From Cenococcum geophilum (lineage: Eukaryota), in the NCBI GenBank assembly GCA_050273025.1, contig CP158635.1, forward strand, positions 17,112,001 to 17,176,000: a stretch of 64,000 nucleotides of DNA, given 5' to 3'. Shown piece after piece: positions 12,844-24,779 of this stretch (position 1 is its first letter; each line of letters starts with the position of its first letter). The notes under the pieces were generated by a model. That model searched no databases and was not told where the DNA came from. It saw only the letters and a list, made by a program, of their open reading frames with translations. Position numbers and translations under genes: made by a program.

Positions 12844-14523
12844 CTAAACTCCAGAAGTTGTTGCAATCGTAGAAACCCTCGGAACAGCAGTTTCTGCATC
12901 CAGTTCTTCAACGAGTGCCTGAGATGTTGGTCGTTCGCGTGGCGTTTCCTTCAACATGCGTTGTGTTAAATCTAACTTTTGCTCCCAGGAGTCTAAATTC
13001 GGAAGGTTCGAGGACCATGTGTTCTCCAGATTGGTCAGCCACGCGTTGACTCTTGGTAGGTTATGGGAGAACTCGGAGTAATCACTGTGATCTTTGAGGT
13101 CCCCTAAATCCTGATCTCTCCGATATTTCTTGAACATCTCCAAAGTGTAATTAGAAGTCGCAACTGTGGCCATTTCTGCGAAGACGCAGCCAAGAGAGAA
13201 TATGTCTGTGCGTCTAGTGTGACTTTGGGTCTGCAGTAAGTTTAGATCGGGCGTAAGCTCAGGAGCAGCATATTCTCTGGTGAAACCCGTTGAGCCGTCA
13301 CTGTGAGAATGACCTTGTGACTGGATTCTTCTGGCAAGGCCAAAGTCGCAGACTACGACAGAAAAAAACTAGCCTAGTGGTTAGCAGATAAAATTGTTTC
13401 CAAAGATTGAACAAACTAAAAAAGACTTACAGGAGGTTCCTTGCTCTGTTTCACAACGATATTGTCAGGCTTGATGTCCATATGTTTGACAGGGCCTTCT
13501 CGGTGAACGTATGCTATGGCATTCGCTAGGTACTTGAAGAAGTTCTCTAGGCATGAACGGTAAGGCTTGAAATCATACGACTCCTTGTCGGGTATTGCAA
13601 CAAGGCTAGGTTCTGAGTGTCTCTGGCGGCATAAGTCCCAACAAATTGGATCAAGTGTTTGTGTTTAAATGGAGAGCTGTTCTTAACTTCCATGAAGGCT
13701 TGTAGTTGGTGGCCTGTCCTACCATAAATATATTTCCGGACGACCAGCACGGGCTCACCGCTCCTTGAGGGACACTCTACAGCCGATACCGACCCATGCG
13801 CCCCATCCCCCAAATGCCACTTATAAACAAGAAAAGCATTCTCCTCTGACCTGCTTTGAAAGAATGTGTGTATGCCCTTTCGTGACCAGCTTGGGACAAA
13901 CTGGCCATCGCGGAAATTCAAGCCATGGTTTCGCACATGTTGTTCGTATTCTGTCTCGGGAAGGGATGCGGAGGCATTTTCCATTGTAACTGGACTCAAA
14001 AGTGTCCCGTTCATGGAGGGGGTGGGCAGCAGAATATTGATGTATGGGACAGGACCACCAGAAACTTGCTCAGCTGCAGTGATGCACGGTGTTTCTGCCG
14101 TCGCTATTTGAAGGATAGTATTGGAGGTCGGAAACTTCCTAAAAGTTGCCAAATAGGTTTTAGGCGATAGGTAGATGGGGGAATCCTCTATAGAGCCTAG
14201 TTCTTTTAGCATTGAATTGGAATTATATATTTATCGTTGGCTACGAGCCTCACCGGTCGCAAGAAGCAGCCCTTGTGTTCTGATAGGTGTTGGGCTCAAA
14301 GGCTATCATCCGTGAGAATGCGTTTGGGTAACCGTTGTGTTGAGCCCATACTTACTGGTGATTCGTATGCAGTGTAATAAGTCGAGGTCGATTGATTCGA
14401 GGCGGACGAGAGCGCTCGTTGGCGGGTGCCTTCAGGAACTTGGTCTGGCGCTGTGAAAACCTCGTCTGGGGGCTGCACGACAAGCTCGGGGATATGTTCT
14501 CCTCTATTCTTGCTGGTTTCCAT
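12844..14523 (-). pseudogene. Ser/Thr protein kinase, disrupted
   Basis: LGDGAHGSV, HKHLIQFVGTY, HMDIKPDN, CDFGLAR, YAAPE and DIFSLGCVFAEM are all present. The frame changes after LQYP (~13590) with no intron available, and there are further stops near the 5' end. Confidence 0.75.
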
Positions 14524-15676
14524 GTGGAGAGAGAATGTGCGTGGAAAAAGCTAAAGGTGGCACAAGCAACACGCGCGTTGCAAGGCTGGTGATCTGGCGG
14601 TGCAGCTGCAAGCAGCTAAGAGTCAAGAAAACATTACCAGTATGCGTGAGTGCAACATGGCAATATTCAAACGAGAGTACCGGAATTTTAGTGAAAGAAA
14701 TCGCTGTGTTAAAAACAGATTTTTGACATTAAGGACAACATGAGGACAATAGCGTCATCAGGGATATTCGCAAGCTGCGGGGATATGCTTCGAGTGTGCC
14801 AGCGAGCGCTTTGCTTGGGGGCTGACACGAAGCGGCTCCTTTCGAGGGCTGCTATTTGCTGCCACTAATGCGTCTAAGCACATAATCCCGTCCCATCAAT
14901 AGCGAAGAAGGCTAGAATGCTGAGTCGCTCAGCCTCTGTTACAGTTCCCCCGGTTTCTCTTCGTTGTTTGGTTCCTAACAAGGCAGTGTATGCGGCAAGA
15001 AGCACAGCCTCCCCCGCCAGGATAGTCTCACCAATAAATGCTTTCGGCTTGTGGGGAATGGCATTATCGCAAGAATGGGCCAAAGATCGCTCAGGTATTT
15101 GATGGTTAGGTTAAGATAGAGATTGATAGGGAGATTCAAGTAATGAATAGCATCTTACCGCAGAACCTCGGTTATTCCTGACGTGAAGGTCTGTCCTCTC
15201 CATCCACGCCTCTATCAACCATGAATGTTTGCTCTGAAAGGCCAGCCTTAGATGGCAAAGGCGTGAGCCAATTATGCTGGCATTATACATGACGAATGAT
15301 ATAATTGTTAAGGAAAACTGCGAGAAAGATAGGCACAAATGCCTTGCGCTACGCAAAAGGCGAAATTTTTAGCGAATATCTCGGAATCGTATCATCCCAG
15401 GGAGGGTTGAGATGAAATGCGAAGACAAAAGAAGAAAGATTGATGTAGGATTTCTCATCCTGCCGTAAAGTATAGTCTGTGGTCAAAGCGGATTTTGTTG
15501 TATCGATACATCAAGTGAAGTGTGAGCGATCTGGAAGGAGCGGAAATTGTGGAACATGCTCCGTGCCAAGGTTGGCTTGACGTCCCCCTCGACCTTCTTG
15601 TCGAAATTTATCGACGAAATGTAACCACCAGCGAACGCTTATCGTTTTCTTGGGCCTCTTCTCAAATTCCTTCGCA

Positions 15677-18185
15677 ATGGCTAGGAAGAAGAAAAGCCAG
15701 CAAATCGATGTCGCTGCGAGCACCAATGGCAATGGCATCACTTCTCCCATCCCGCCACCGCGAACGAACGCTTCACCCACCCCTTCATCGATTAAAACCA
15801 AAACTCCTGAGCCGTCGACATCAGCATTAATCATATGCCGCAATAAGTAGGTAAAAGTGGAGGCATGTCCTTATATTACTAGCGTCATACTCCATGGTTC
15901 TAACCGTTTATACTAACTTATTCTCTTCAAGGCACTGGCGTTACATATCCTCCTTCCATGGCCCATGGCTACAGCTACCCCCAGAAGTTCTTGAGTCTCT
16001 TGCGCACAGCAATTACTTCTCGCCACGCCCTCATCCAATTGACCCGGCTGTTTTCTACGATCTTGTGAAAATCCGCAGGGCTGTCGATGAGGCCACAAAT
16101 CTTGCAGTACGCGCCACTAGCGGCCTGACATCTTCCGCCTTAAGCAGCTCCCTAAATGCTGGGAATGGAATGCTAGGGGGCGCGGCGGCTTTAGGCATTG
16201 GATATGGGGGAGGAGGTGGAAGTGCGAAGCTGAGTCGGGAGAGGAAACACCGAATGCGAGAACTGGCGACGCAGAAGTTATCCCAGGCATACCACCTAGA
16301 TGAAATTGCGGCTAGCGTAGCAACGATGCAGTCCACCTCGACATTAGAAGACGTTGCTCAGCTAGTATTGCAACGGAGCGCAACGGATATCGATGCAAAA
16401 TATGTCCATTTTTTTCACGAGAAAATACCTTCCCGAATGATGGCCCAATGCACGCCGTTAGATGTTTTAAACGAAATAATAGCAGAAAGACCGAATGACG
16501 GATCACCTTTAAGAACTCGCGCGTTGACGAGAATATTTAAAGAGGATTATACTAATGCAGCACGGGATTTAACAGAGGGCCTTGCAATTTGTCGATTCAT
16601 GATAGCTCAGCATAGAGCGGGCAAGGATCAGCTGGTTCTCGCGCGGACCATAAAAGAACAATATGGTAGAGATTGGAGATCAGAAATGAAAGTTGAAGAG
16701 GAAGATCAACCGAATTCATTAGAAACACAGCTTCTCTTTCATCGTGCTGGGGTCTACTTTACAATCGCCTGCCAACACGTTGATGCTGCTTTAGACGGCT
16801 TAAAAGAAGCTGAACAGGCAAATCAGAACATGAACAGGTCTTTAAATCCGGAAGGGGACGAACCACCCCCTCTCAATGCAGCAGAAAAGGAAGCCCATCG
16901 TCGCCGGCTTGAAGCCCGAAAAGCCGTCAAAACCAACGCCAAGCGCGCACTCCGAGACTATATCGCATTCCTTTCTCAATTTGACTACACCCCTGGACTA
17001 GCCTCCGAAATCGCAGAAGAGTTTCTCCGCTGCGTAAACAGCGCAGCCAATGGTTATAACAACAAGCCAGCCAAAAGCTCTGGCACCCCTCGACTCCTCG
17101 ACTCACCATCTAGCCCCTCCTCCCCTGCCTCTGACGCCCTAGTACCTCACCGCAAACCTAGTCCTAACTACTCTGATCGTTCCAACTGGCCTCAACTTCC
17201 TCCACCGGAGATCTACCAAGTCTCCCAGCTCTTTTCCTCCACCCCTCCCGCCTCCCTACCTCCTTATCCCAACTCAAATGGCGCATCCTTTACCTCTTCA
17301 ATTCCATCCTCTATCCAACAATCTGCTGCTTCGGCGGCTGCATCTGCATTTGCAGATTCACACGAAGCAATTACCTACCATCCTTTACTCACTGACGCGC
17401 TGCACTCTCTCCTCCTTTGCCATGCCCTTCTTCAAACTCCATCCAAGGAACTCCTACGCCATGCCCACAACGCTGCTCGCCTCGCCCGTGTTTGCGACGG
17501 TTACCCGATATTTCTTGCCGCGCGCAGCCCTGCCCGCGCTGACTGGATTGAGGTGCTCCGCCGTGCAGGAAACTGGATCCAGCTGCAGCAGAGCTGGGAG
17601 ACGCTCTGCCGCCCTGCTCCTTTACCGGGCCATGGTAACTCCTCATCATCGCATCCCAGCAACGAGCTCTCGAAGATGGGTGCGGGAAGCGCCCCAAGTG
17701 CGGCGAAGCCAGAAACCGAAGCCCAGAAGCGTGAGCGCCAGAAACACGAAGCGATCCTTGAAGCATTAGCCGACGAGCGCGTTGTGGATGAAGAATCCTT
17801 CCAACGTGCGGTGCGTGCGAGGGAAAGGCGAGCCAGAGAAGACGAGGAGGCTGATGCGAAGTTGAATCGTGCTGCTGGTACTACCACTAACGGTGTTAGT
17901 GCTACGTCCAGCACCATGACGCCGACGAACCCTGCTCCGGCCCCGAAGCGCTGGGCGCAAGAAGACGGCAAGGAGTATCCCATCTCTACAGAGCGTGCGG
18001 AGGCAATCTCGCGGTGGGTAAAGGAGGCGCCGCTTACAGTCGAAGGGGGCAAGAAAGGGAAAGGAAAAGGAAAGGGTTCGACGAAAGGGAAGAAAGCCTC
18101 ACTGAGAGACGATGACACGGGGCTAGAAGGGAGTATAGGGGCTCTGAGTGTGGAGGATTTGGGAGACGATGGATTGGACGGATAG
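15677..18185 (+). CDS. Conserved fungal protein of unknown function (helical/TPR-like), 2 exons
   Basis: MARKKK...SALIICRNK|HWRYISSFHGPWLQLP joins across intron 15847-15931, followed by a long intact ORF. No recognisable catalytic motif. Confidence 0.85.
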
Positions 18186-18473
18186 GCTGTTTGGATTTAA
18201 AACTGGAGCAAAGATGCTGGCCTACGCTATAGAGTATGCCGAAAGCGGTTTTAATCTAAGAATCGATTTTTACGGACGAAAAAACGCAGCCTGCGCTTTG
18301 AGGTGGTCGCATGCTTGTAAATGTGTCTTATCTCCTGAATATCGCCTAACACCGCCTTTGTCTGCATTGAAGTTTCATTCATTAAGTCAATTTCAAGTAT
18401 TAGACCCGTACCCCTCTGATCTGTTTAATCCACCATATCGCTATTAAAACACTTGGTATTACAGAGCGTCCAG

Positions 18474-19094
18474 CTAGCCCTCTTTCCAGACGCTCAGAAC
18501 CATTGCTAACCGCTCCTCTAAACCGAGCATAGTCTTAGGAAGAAGGTAGTATTCTACCCCTGCCTCATTCAACATCTTACAGAATAAATCATGAAATTTA
18601 ACCCAACCAGAGACATCATCAGGCATCACCCTTATCCCATCGTCGAACAGCCATGGAACTCCACTCTCGCAAACAAATACCAACCCGAGTTTCATACACT
18701 CCCACATCTCCAGCCATTCTTCTGACTTCATCATCTCTTCTGCAGCGTCTTCTCCTACGTAGTACCGAGCATAAACAATCGGATCTAGTGCAGAGCGATC
18801 CGAGATATACCATCCATTTCTTTGCGTTTCCCTTTCTATCTGGCATTGGGCGGCAAGGATGAGCTTTTGAAGCTGGGCAGCTCGAGATTTAGAGGAAGTG
18901 ATATCGCTGGCAGTGAATCTGTGTTCGCGGAGAACATTTCGAGCAACTTCGTTGATGATATAAGGCTTTGGAGTTGCTTCACCGTGAAGACAGCGGTTTT
19001 TTTGAGTTTCAAAGAACTTGCTTAAAGCATGCACTAGCGTAGTCTTTCCGGTACACTGGGCTCCTACAATGTAGATGTTCTTCGTGTCGGCCAT
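18474..19094 (-). CDS. AAA_28/NadR-like P-loop nucleotide-kinase-fold protein (206 aa)
   Basis: N-terminal Walker A IYIVGAQCTGKTT, EVAR, NMP-kinase-type ISDRSALDPIVY, and DDGIR lid motif. Intronless and intact. Confidence 0.85.
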   Translation of the reverse strand: MADTKNIYIVGAQCTGKTTLVHALSKFFETQKNRCLHGEATPKPYIINEVARNVLREHRFTASDITSSKSRAAQLQKLILAAQCQIERETQRNGWYISDRSALDPIVYARYYVGEDAAEEMMKSEEWLEMWECMKLGLVFVCESGVPWLFDDGIRVMPDDVSGWVKFHDLFCKMLNEAGVEYYLLPKTMLGLEERLAMVLSVWKEG

Positions 19095-19337
19095 ATTTGT
19101 AGTCTTTGCGGTTGTGGTGCCTTGCTAACTGAGAGAGAGGTTGAGACAAGGCTTAGAAAAGACTCCGCTCTCTGTTGTGTAACCTTGCCCCGCCCTCTCT
19201 CCGTCATTTCCACGTTTCTGGTCGATACTGAAAGAGTTGAGCCATCTTACCAACATACCCTCAAATCTTGGCTGGCCTCAAAGCCAAGAAGAAACCGTCC
19301 TCTACTAAGACAACTCTCATACTAATAGAGCTGCATC
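19095..19337. promoter_or_regulatory. Probable bidirectional promoter (243 bp between divergent ATGs)
   Basis: Head-to-head start codons at 19094 (-) and 19338 (+). Promoter function is inferred from geometry only. Confidence 0.55.
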
Positions 19338-22300
19338 ATGTCGAACCAATCTAGCGTAAAGAGGCTCCGATCTTTCCAGCGAACGCTTCAGCCGGTAATC
19401 AAATTAGACGACCAAGCCTGGTCTTATAATATTCCCCGTCTGCCTAATAGCGCCGAACTATCCCGTCAAGGCCTAGTCAAATCCGTATCAGTCGTCTCCA
19501 ATGATGAACGTCAGTGTATTACGCTCAAATTAGAACAAGCTCCTCAAAATAGAGTGACCTCAGTCGAACCTCTGGAACACTTCATTCTTATATCTTTTGC
19601 TGATTTTCGGATCCGCTGCCCTTCAAAAACAAATCCAAATGTGACCGAAGCAGGAAGTGCGCGACAGTCAGCGGACTACATTATTCGTCTTCTTCAAACC
19701 GGCATAAACCTTAATGGAGTTCATTACTACTTCTACGGCCATAGCAACAGCCAGCTCAAGTCTCGATCCTGCTTTCTCCTAGCGGAATCCGTTGAGGAGA
19801 TCTCTAGAAAAGTAGAGCAAATGGGTGACTTCTCAAAAATCAAGACTGTGGCTAAGAAAGCAAAACGTATCGGTTTGCTCTTTTCTAGCGCCGTGATGGG
19901 GGTGCCGCTACCTCCGGAACGTTGTGAGGATATTCCAGACGTGCAGTCCGCGGATTATATCTTCACGGACGGTTGCGGACTTATTGCGCCACAATTGGCA
20001 GAGCAGCTAGTGAAGCAAGTCAACATTACCTACCGAAACAAAAAGTATATGCCATCTGTGTTCCAAATCCGCTATCGCGGCTACAAGGGAATTTTGACAT
20101 ACGAACCATCAATGCACGGCAAAATCCTGGCAAAGTTTCGCGACTCTATGAGGAAGTTCAAAGGGGCGGTCAACCACGACCTGTATGTGGTAGAATATTC
20201 AAAGGTGACCTAAACATAGGATTTCTGGCCAGATATTTTGTGCATCCATGCTAACTATTTCCAAGCCGTATGCTTACGGGTATTTCAACGATGAGACAAT
20301 ACTTCTTCTTCATGCCCTTGGAGTTTCTAGAGATGTTCTCCTCCAGAAGCAAGCTGATTACCTAAATTTCCTTCAAATTGCATCCTCGGGAGCCGATGGG
20401 GGACACGCCGCATTCAAGTTCTGCACACTTACGAACCATATGGATCTTGCTGAAGCTTTGCTAATCGAGGGCGTGGAAAAAGTGCTGCCTCAAGTCCGCA
20501 CGCTAGTAAACCAAGAAGAGCAAAAATTGCTGAATAAAAAAAAAGGTCAAAGATGCAGAATTATGGTGCCACAATCGAGGCTGATTTTTGGTGTTTGCGA
20601 TCCATATGATGTACTCCGCGAGGGGCAGTGTTTCGTCAGGATAACTCATGATGGTGATGGCGTGGCTCGAACAGTGACAGGCACAGAAGTTCTAGTAACG
20701 AGGAACCCGTGTTTGCATCCTGGAGATCTTCAAAAATTTCGAGCAATAAACCATCCCAAGCTGTCGCACCTCGTTGACTGCATAGTGTTTCCCACGAAAG
20801 GGCGCAGGCCAAGTGCTGATCTTATGTCCGGAGGAGATTTGGACGGTGACAAATGTAGGCAACACCCCGAAGCCCTCTCCTAACTTTGATCGCAAGGGCC
20901 ATTACAATCATTCGGTTCGTTGCTGATGTAATATGCCGGGCAGTCTTTGTCTGCTGGGATCCAGACCTGGTGCCTAGTATAATATCAGAGCCTGCACAAT
21001 ACCCTGGCGCCAAAGAGGCAGTTACATTTCGTCCAATTACTCACCAAGACCGACTCGAGTACTTCGCACGTTATTCTAGTGTGTCACTAGGGCGTGTTAA
21101 AAATTTGTATTTGGACTGGGCGAAATTGAAAGGCCCAATGAGCCCTGAATGCCAGCAGTTGAACAGACTTTTTTCGCAATGCGTGGACGGTAATCGGATC
21201 AAAATTCCAGTAATTCTAGAAGATCCGCCCAAAAAGAACCCGGATATGGATGACTTCATCCTCGATGTTTTGCATAGGGCATCATCTTCTCGCATCCAGC
21301 TGAAACTGTCAGCCCAGGAAAATCCAGATGCTTTCTCATTTGAAGCCATGGAAGTGCTGCTCAGTAACGAACCTGATGCCATATCTGAGTTCGAGCGCAT
21401 TCAAATGGCATATCGCTGGTTGCTAAAGAACGGTGGCGATTTCTCGGATTTTTTACCATTCTTCAATCTCGGACTACTCACTGATGAGCAGAAGGCTTGG
21501 ACCCTGAGTCTCCTTCCCATATCTGCTACCGGACCTAGCCTGGTCATGAATGGGCTTCTACAATCTGATCTCGTTGAGCCCGCAGAGCTGGAGAACTTCC
21601 AATTACATCACCCTATCTTCCATTGGAAGCCTATTTTCGACTCTTCGACCGACAGGCTCGAGACTTTTCTATCTTCCGTCAGCCGTAGTGTGGAGCTTTT
21701 CCATAAGAAGCTTATCATCTTGAGAGTGGATGAGCGCCTTACGGTAGCAATATATATCCCCCAGAAGTTGGAAAAGGGCCAGGAGTGTCAGGTTGGTGCT
21801 GCAGTACGGGTTTTTGCGTTCCCAAGGTCACAAGGCAGTAATTCGTCACGATACCGTGTGGTACCGACAAAAGTTAATTATAAGCTATTCTGTGACGACA
21901 ATGTTCTTCAGCTTTACGATGGAAAGCGTGCGAACACATTCATTTTCTTGTCAGAAGGTCCTCAGAATGATTCCTCTTACAGGCAGGAAAAAAGCAGCGG
22001 AGATCGGAGGAGACAAAGGCAGAAGACTTTCGAAGACGGGACGAACCATGCGTGCCGGGCTAGCATTGCGCTCGACAAGATTAGCAAAGACGTTCAGAGG
22101 CATGTGGGAAGGATAATTCGTTCAGGAATCGTTGCTGCTGTAAGAGTTTGAAGGGATGGGGTTGAGTAAAATCGCTAATAATAAGCTGCAGGAAGTCTAC
22201 GTCATCAGCAACAGAGATGTAGAGTCCCTACGTGCACTCGATCTTTGGTTGCAATATATTGACACCGAAGAAACATTGCCACTGTTTGAGAATGAAGCCA

Positions 22301-24731
22301 AGGAATTCTCCATTCCTACCTTAGGAAATATTGAATGGGATTCTGAGCCGGCTTATGTTGAAGACGTTCTTCGAAAAGAAAATCTAGCGGCACTGAACAA
22401 CTTGGAAAATTTCAGCGAAATTGAGCATGTCATGAAAATCCTCTTAAAACATAATGAGAGGTTGCGACTACGGAGATTGTTTGATTACGTTCTGGAACAT
22501 GTACTCCCTTCTAAGCGTGACCGCCGGAAGACTTTATTCCCATCTTTGCTCGGCATTCTGCTTGAAGCGCCCTTTCTAATTCAGGCTTTCCTGCTATCGA
22601 ACAGTTGGGATGCCCTATTTAGTGACCTTGAAGAAGACTTTGCCGATATGGCGCCTCAGTTGCTAACAGCACTAGTCATTGAATCCAGCATCATGCATGA
22701 GCTGATTCTCGAACCTTTCAAGTTAGTCTTGAGCAAGTTAAAGTACCTATCCCTACAACACCTCTCGGAAATTGTAGAGTGTGTTGCACTAACGATCCGC
22801 TCCCCCGACCTCGCAATGGACATACTTCTGGATGCATTGGAACCAGAGGGTAGTCGGCTATTGGTGGGCCGGCGGCCTGCAGTCGAAACATTCATGCGAG
22901 GTATTTTTGGAATCGCACTCGATCATATAGATGAAGCACTCGCTACCAAATCGGCGTGGAAGGGGCTCCTCGGTTTGACTTACAAGGATACTGTTAATGG
23001 CCATTCCATTGTTGAGGCCCGACCCCGAGTAGACGCACCGATTGCCCGCTTTTCGAGAGATGATCATGTTCGGCTCACGGCTGCAAGTGTCCCCAAGAAC
23101 TATCCCCTCGGACGACCATTCTCTATGGATACTATTGTCCAGTCTGCTCAGCTTGGAATTGTGACCTTCCGCTGCTTGCATCGACCACCCAGTTACCTGG
23201 AAGACTGCTCCTGGCAACTAAAGAACTGTGGTTCTTTCGTTACTAGTAGGGCCATGTTGGATGCTGTAACAGAATTTTATACCAACCGGGAATGCTGCCC
23301 AATATTCATGGAACTCGCCGGCTTAATACGGGAGACATCGATATTCGGAAATCGGGATAGGCTTGATTTAGCATATGTTCCCCGGCTTGATCTGAACGCT
23401 AGCCAAAATAGAGCGATCGAGGCAGCAATAACGTCTTTGGTTTGTCTGCTATGGGGACCACCCGGCACTGGTAAAACGCGCACAATTGTTGCCATGATCC
23501 AGGAGATGTTGCTAGCCGAGCCGGAAAAGAGAATATTGGTAGCTGCACCAACTCATAACGCAGTTGATAATGTCATGCGCAAGTACCTGGATGAGGTTGG
23601 GCATAAATATCAGGGTTCGGTGCCGCTCCGTGTGACGACAGATGTAGGATATCATTTCTTGGTCCTTGATTCCCCTAGGATGCTATTCCATGCTCCTATT
23701 TGTGACTAATGATTACCATGTAGGTCAGAAAGGTATCCGAAGACCTCAAACCTTATACATGTGACGCAATGTTAGGAAAGGATATCAATGAGCATCCCGA
23801 AGCACGTCGCAAAGCTCAGAAGCGGGTCAAAGAATCCCAACTGATATTTTCAACATGCATTGGTGCTGGTGTTGGGCTTCTTCGATCCGAACTCTTTGAC
23901 ACAGTGGTAATAGACGAAGCTTCACAGCAGACTGAACCTGCATCTCTAGTTCCACTCGTCAAAGGAGCAACAAGAGCCGTGCTCGTGGGGGATCACGTCC
24001 AGCTACGAGCAACAGTCCAACAAAATGCCCTTGCACAAGGATTTGACGTTTCTCTCTTTGAAAGACTCTACGGGCTTCCTGAACGTCCTGGCGTTCGGAA
24101 AGTTATGTTGGATACCCAGTACCGCATGCACCATGACATCTGTTCTTTCAGTTCAATGGAATTTTACGACGGCAAACTCCAAACGGCTGTGCGTGATGAT
24201 GCTCGCCCTCTACCACCCTCCAAATTCCCATGGCCCGCAGCGGGACCCAGGTCTTCTAACCGCAAAGTCTTTATCCCATGTTCTGATCCCGAAGACCTCG
24301 GCCGGAAATCAAAAAGCAACAGAGGACAAGCTATTCTCTGTCGGGAAGTCTGCAAACTCCTCACCACACATGCCGAGACAGGCGAAGCTCTCAAAGACTT
24401 CTCTATTGCCGTCCTGTCACCCTACGTGCGTCAAGCCGAGCTGCTACGTGGAATGCTGCCGGGCATTGAAATTGCGAGTGTGGATAGTTTTCAGGGTAAA
24501 GAGGCTGACATCATTGTTTACCCCACCGTAAGGTGTAATCTCAAACGGGAATCGGGGTTTTTGAAGGATATGAGGAGGTTGAATGTCGCGATGACAAGGG
24601 CGAAGGCTGGGATGGTGCTGATTGGACATAGCGAGACTCTTTTTGGAGGCGATGAGGATAAAGAAAGTGGGGATGTATGGAGGAGGTTGGTTAGGAGTTG
24701 TGAAATTGTTGAGATGAGCCCAGTGGTTTAG
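19338..24731 (+). CDS. RNA-dependent RNA polymerase fused to a UPF1-like SF1 helicase, ~1703 aa; exons 19338-20204, 20266-20854, 20944-22139, 22192-23643, 23724-24731
   Basis: Four GT-AG introns with branch sites join the ORFs in frame (5112 nt). RdRP motifs: FTDGCG, FQIRYRGYKG, RNPCLHPGD, SGGDLDGDKFFVCWD. Helicase motifs: LNASQ, WGPPGTGKT, APTHNAVD, IDEASQ, VGDHVQL, QYRMH, SVDSFQGKE, RLNVAMTRAK. Confidence 0.9.
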
Positions 24732-24779
24732 GGATAAAAACAATAGTTTAAATGGAATGAGAACTCATCCCTATAAAAG

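Noticed and set aside
15677..18185. Histidine kinase label I recall for similar proteins
   Set aside because: No H-box or HATPase motifs are visible.
19338..21250. Endogenous viral RdRP
   Set aside because: The motifs are those of the cellular double-psi-barrel DxDGD family rather than the viral GDD palm, and the gene has spliceosomal introns.
22192..24731. Calling the helicase UPF1/NAM7, or a separate gene
   Set aside because: There is no UPF1 CH zinc domain, and an in-frame intron (22140-22191) links it to the RdRP exons with no room for a promoter.
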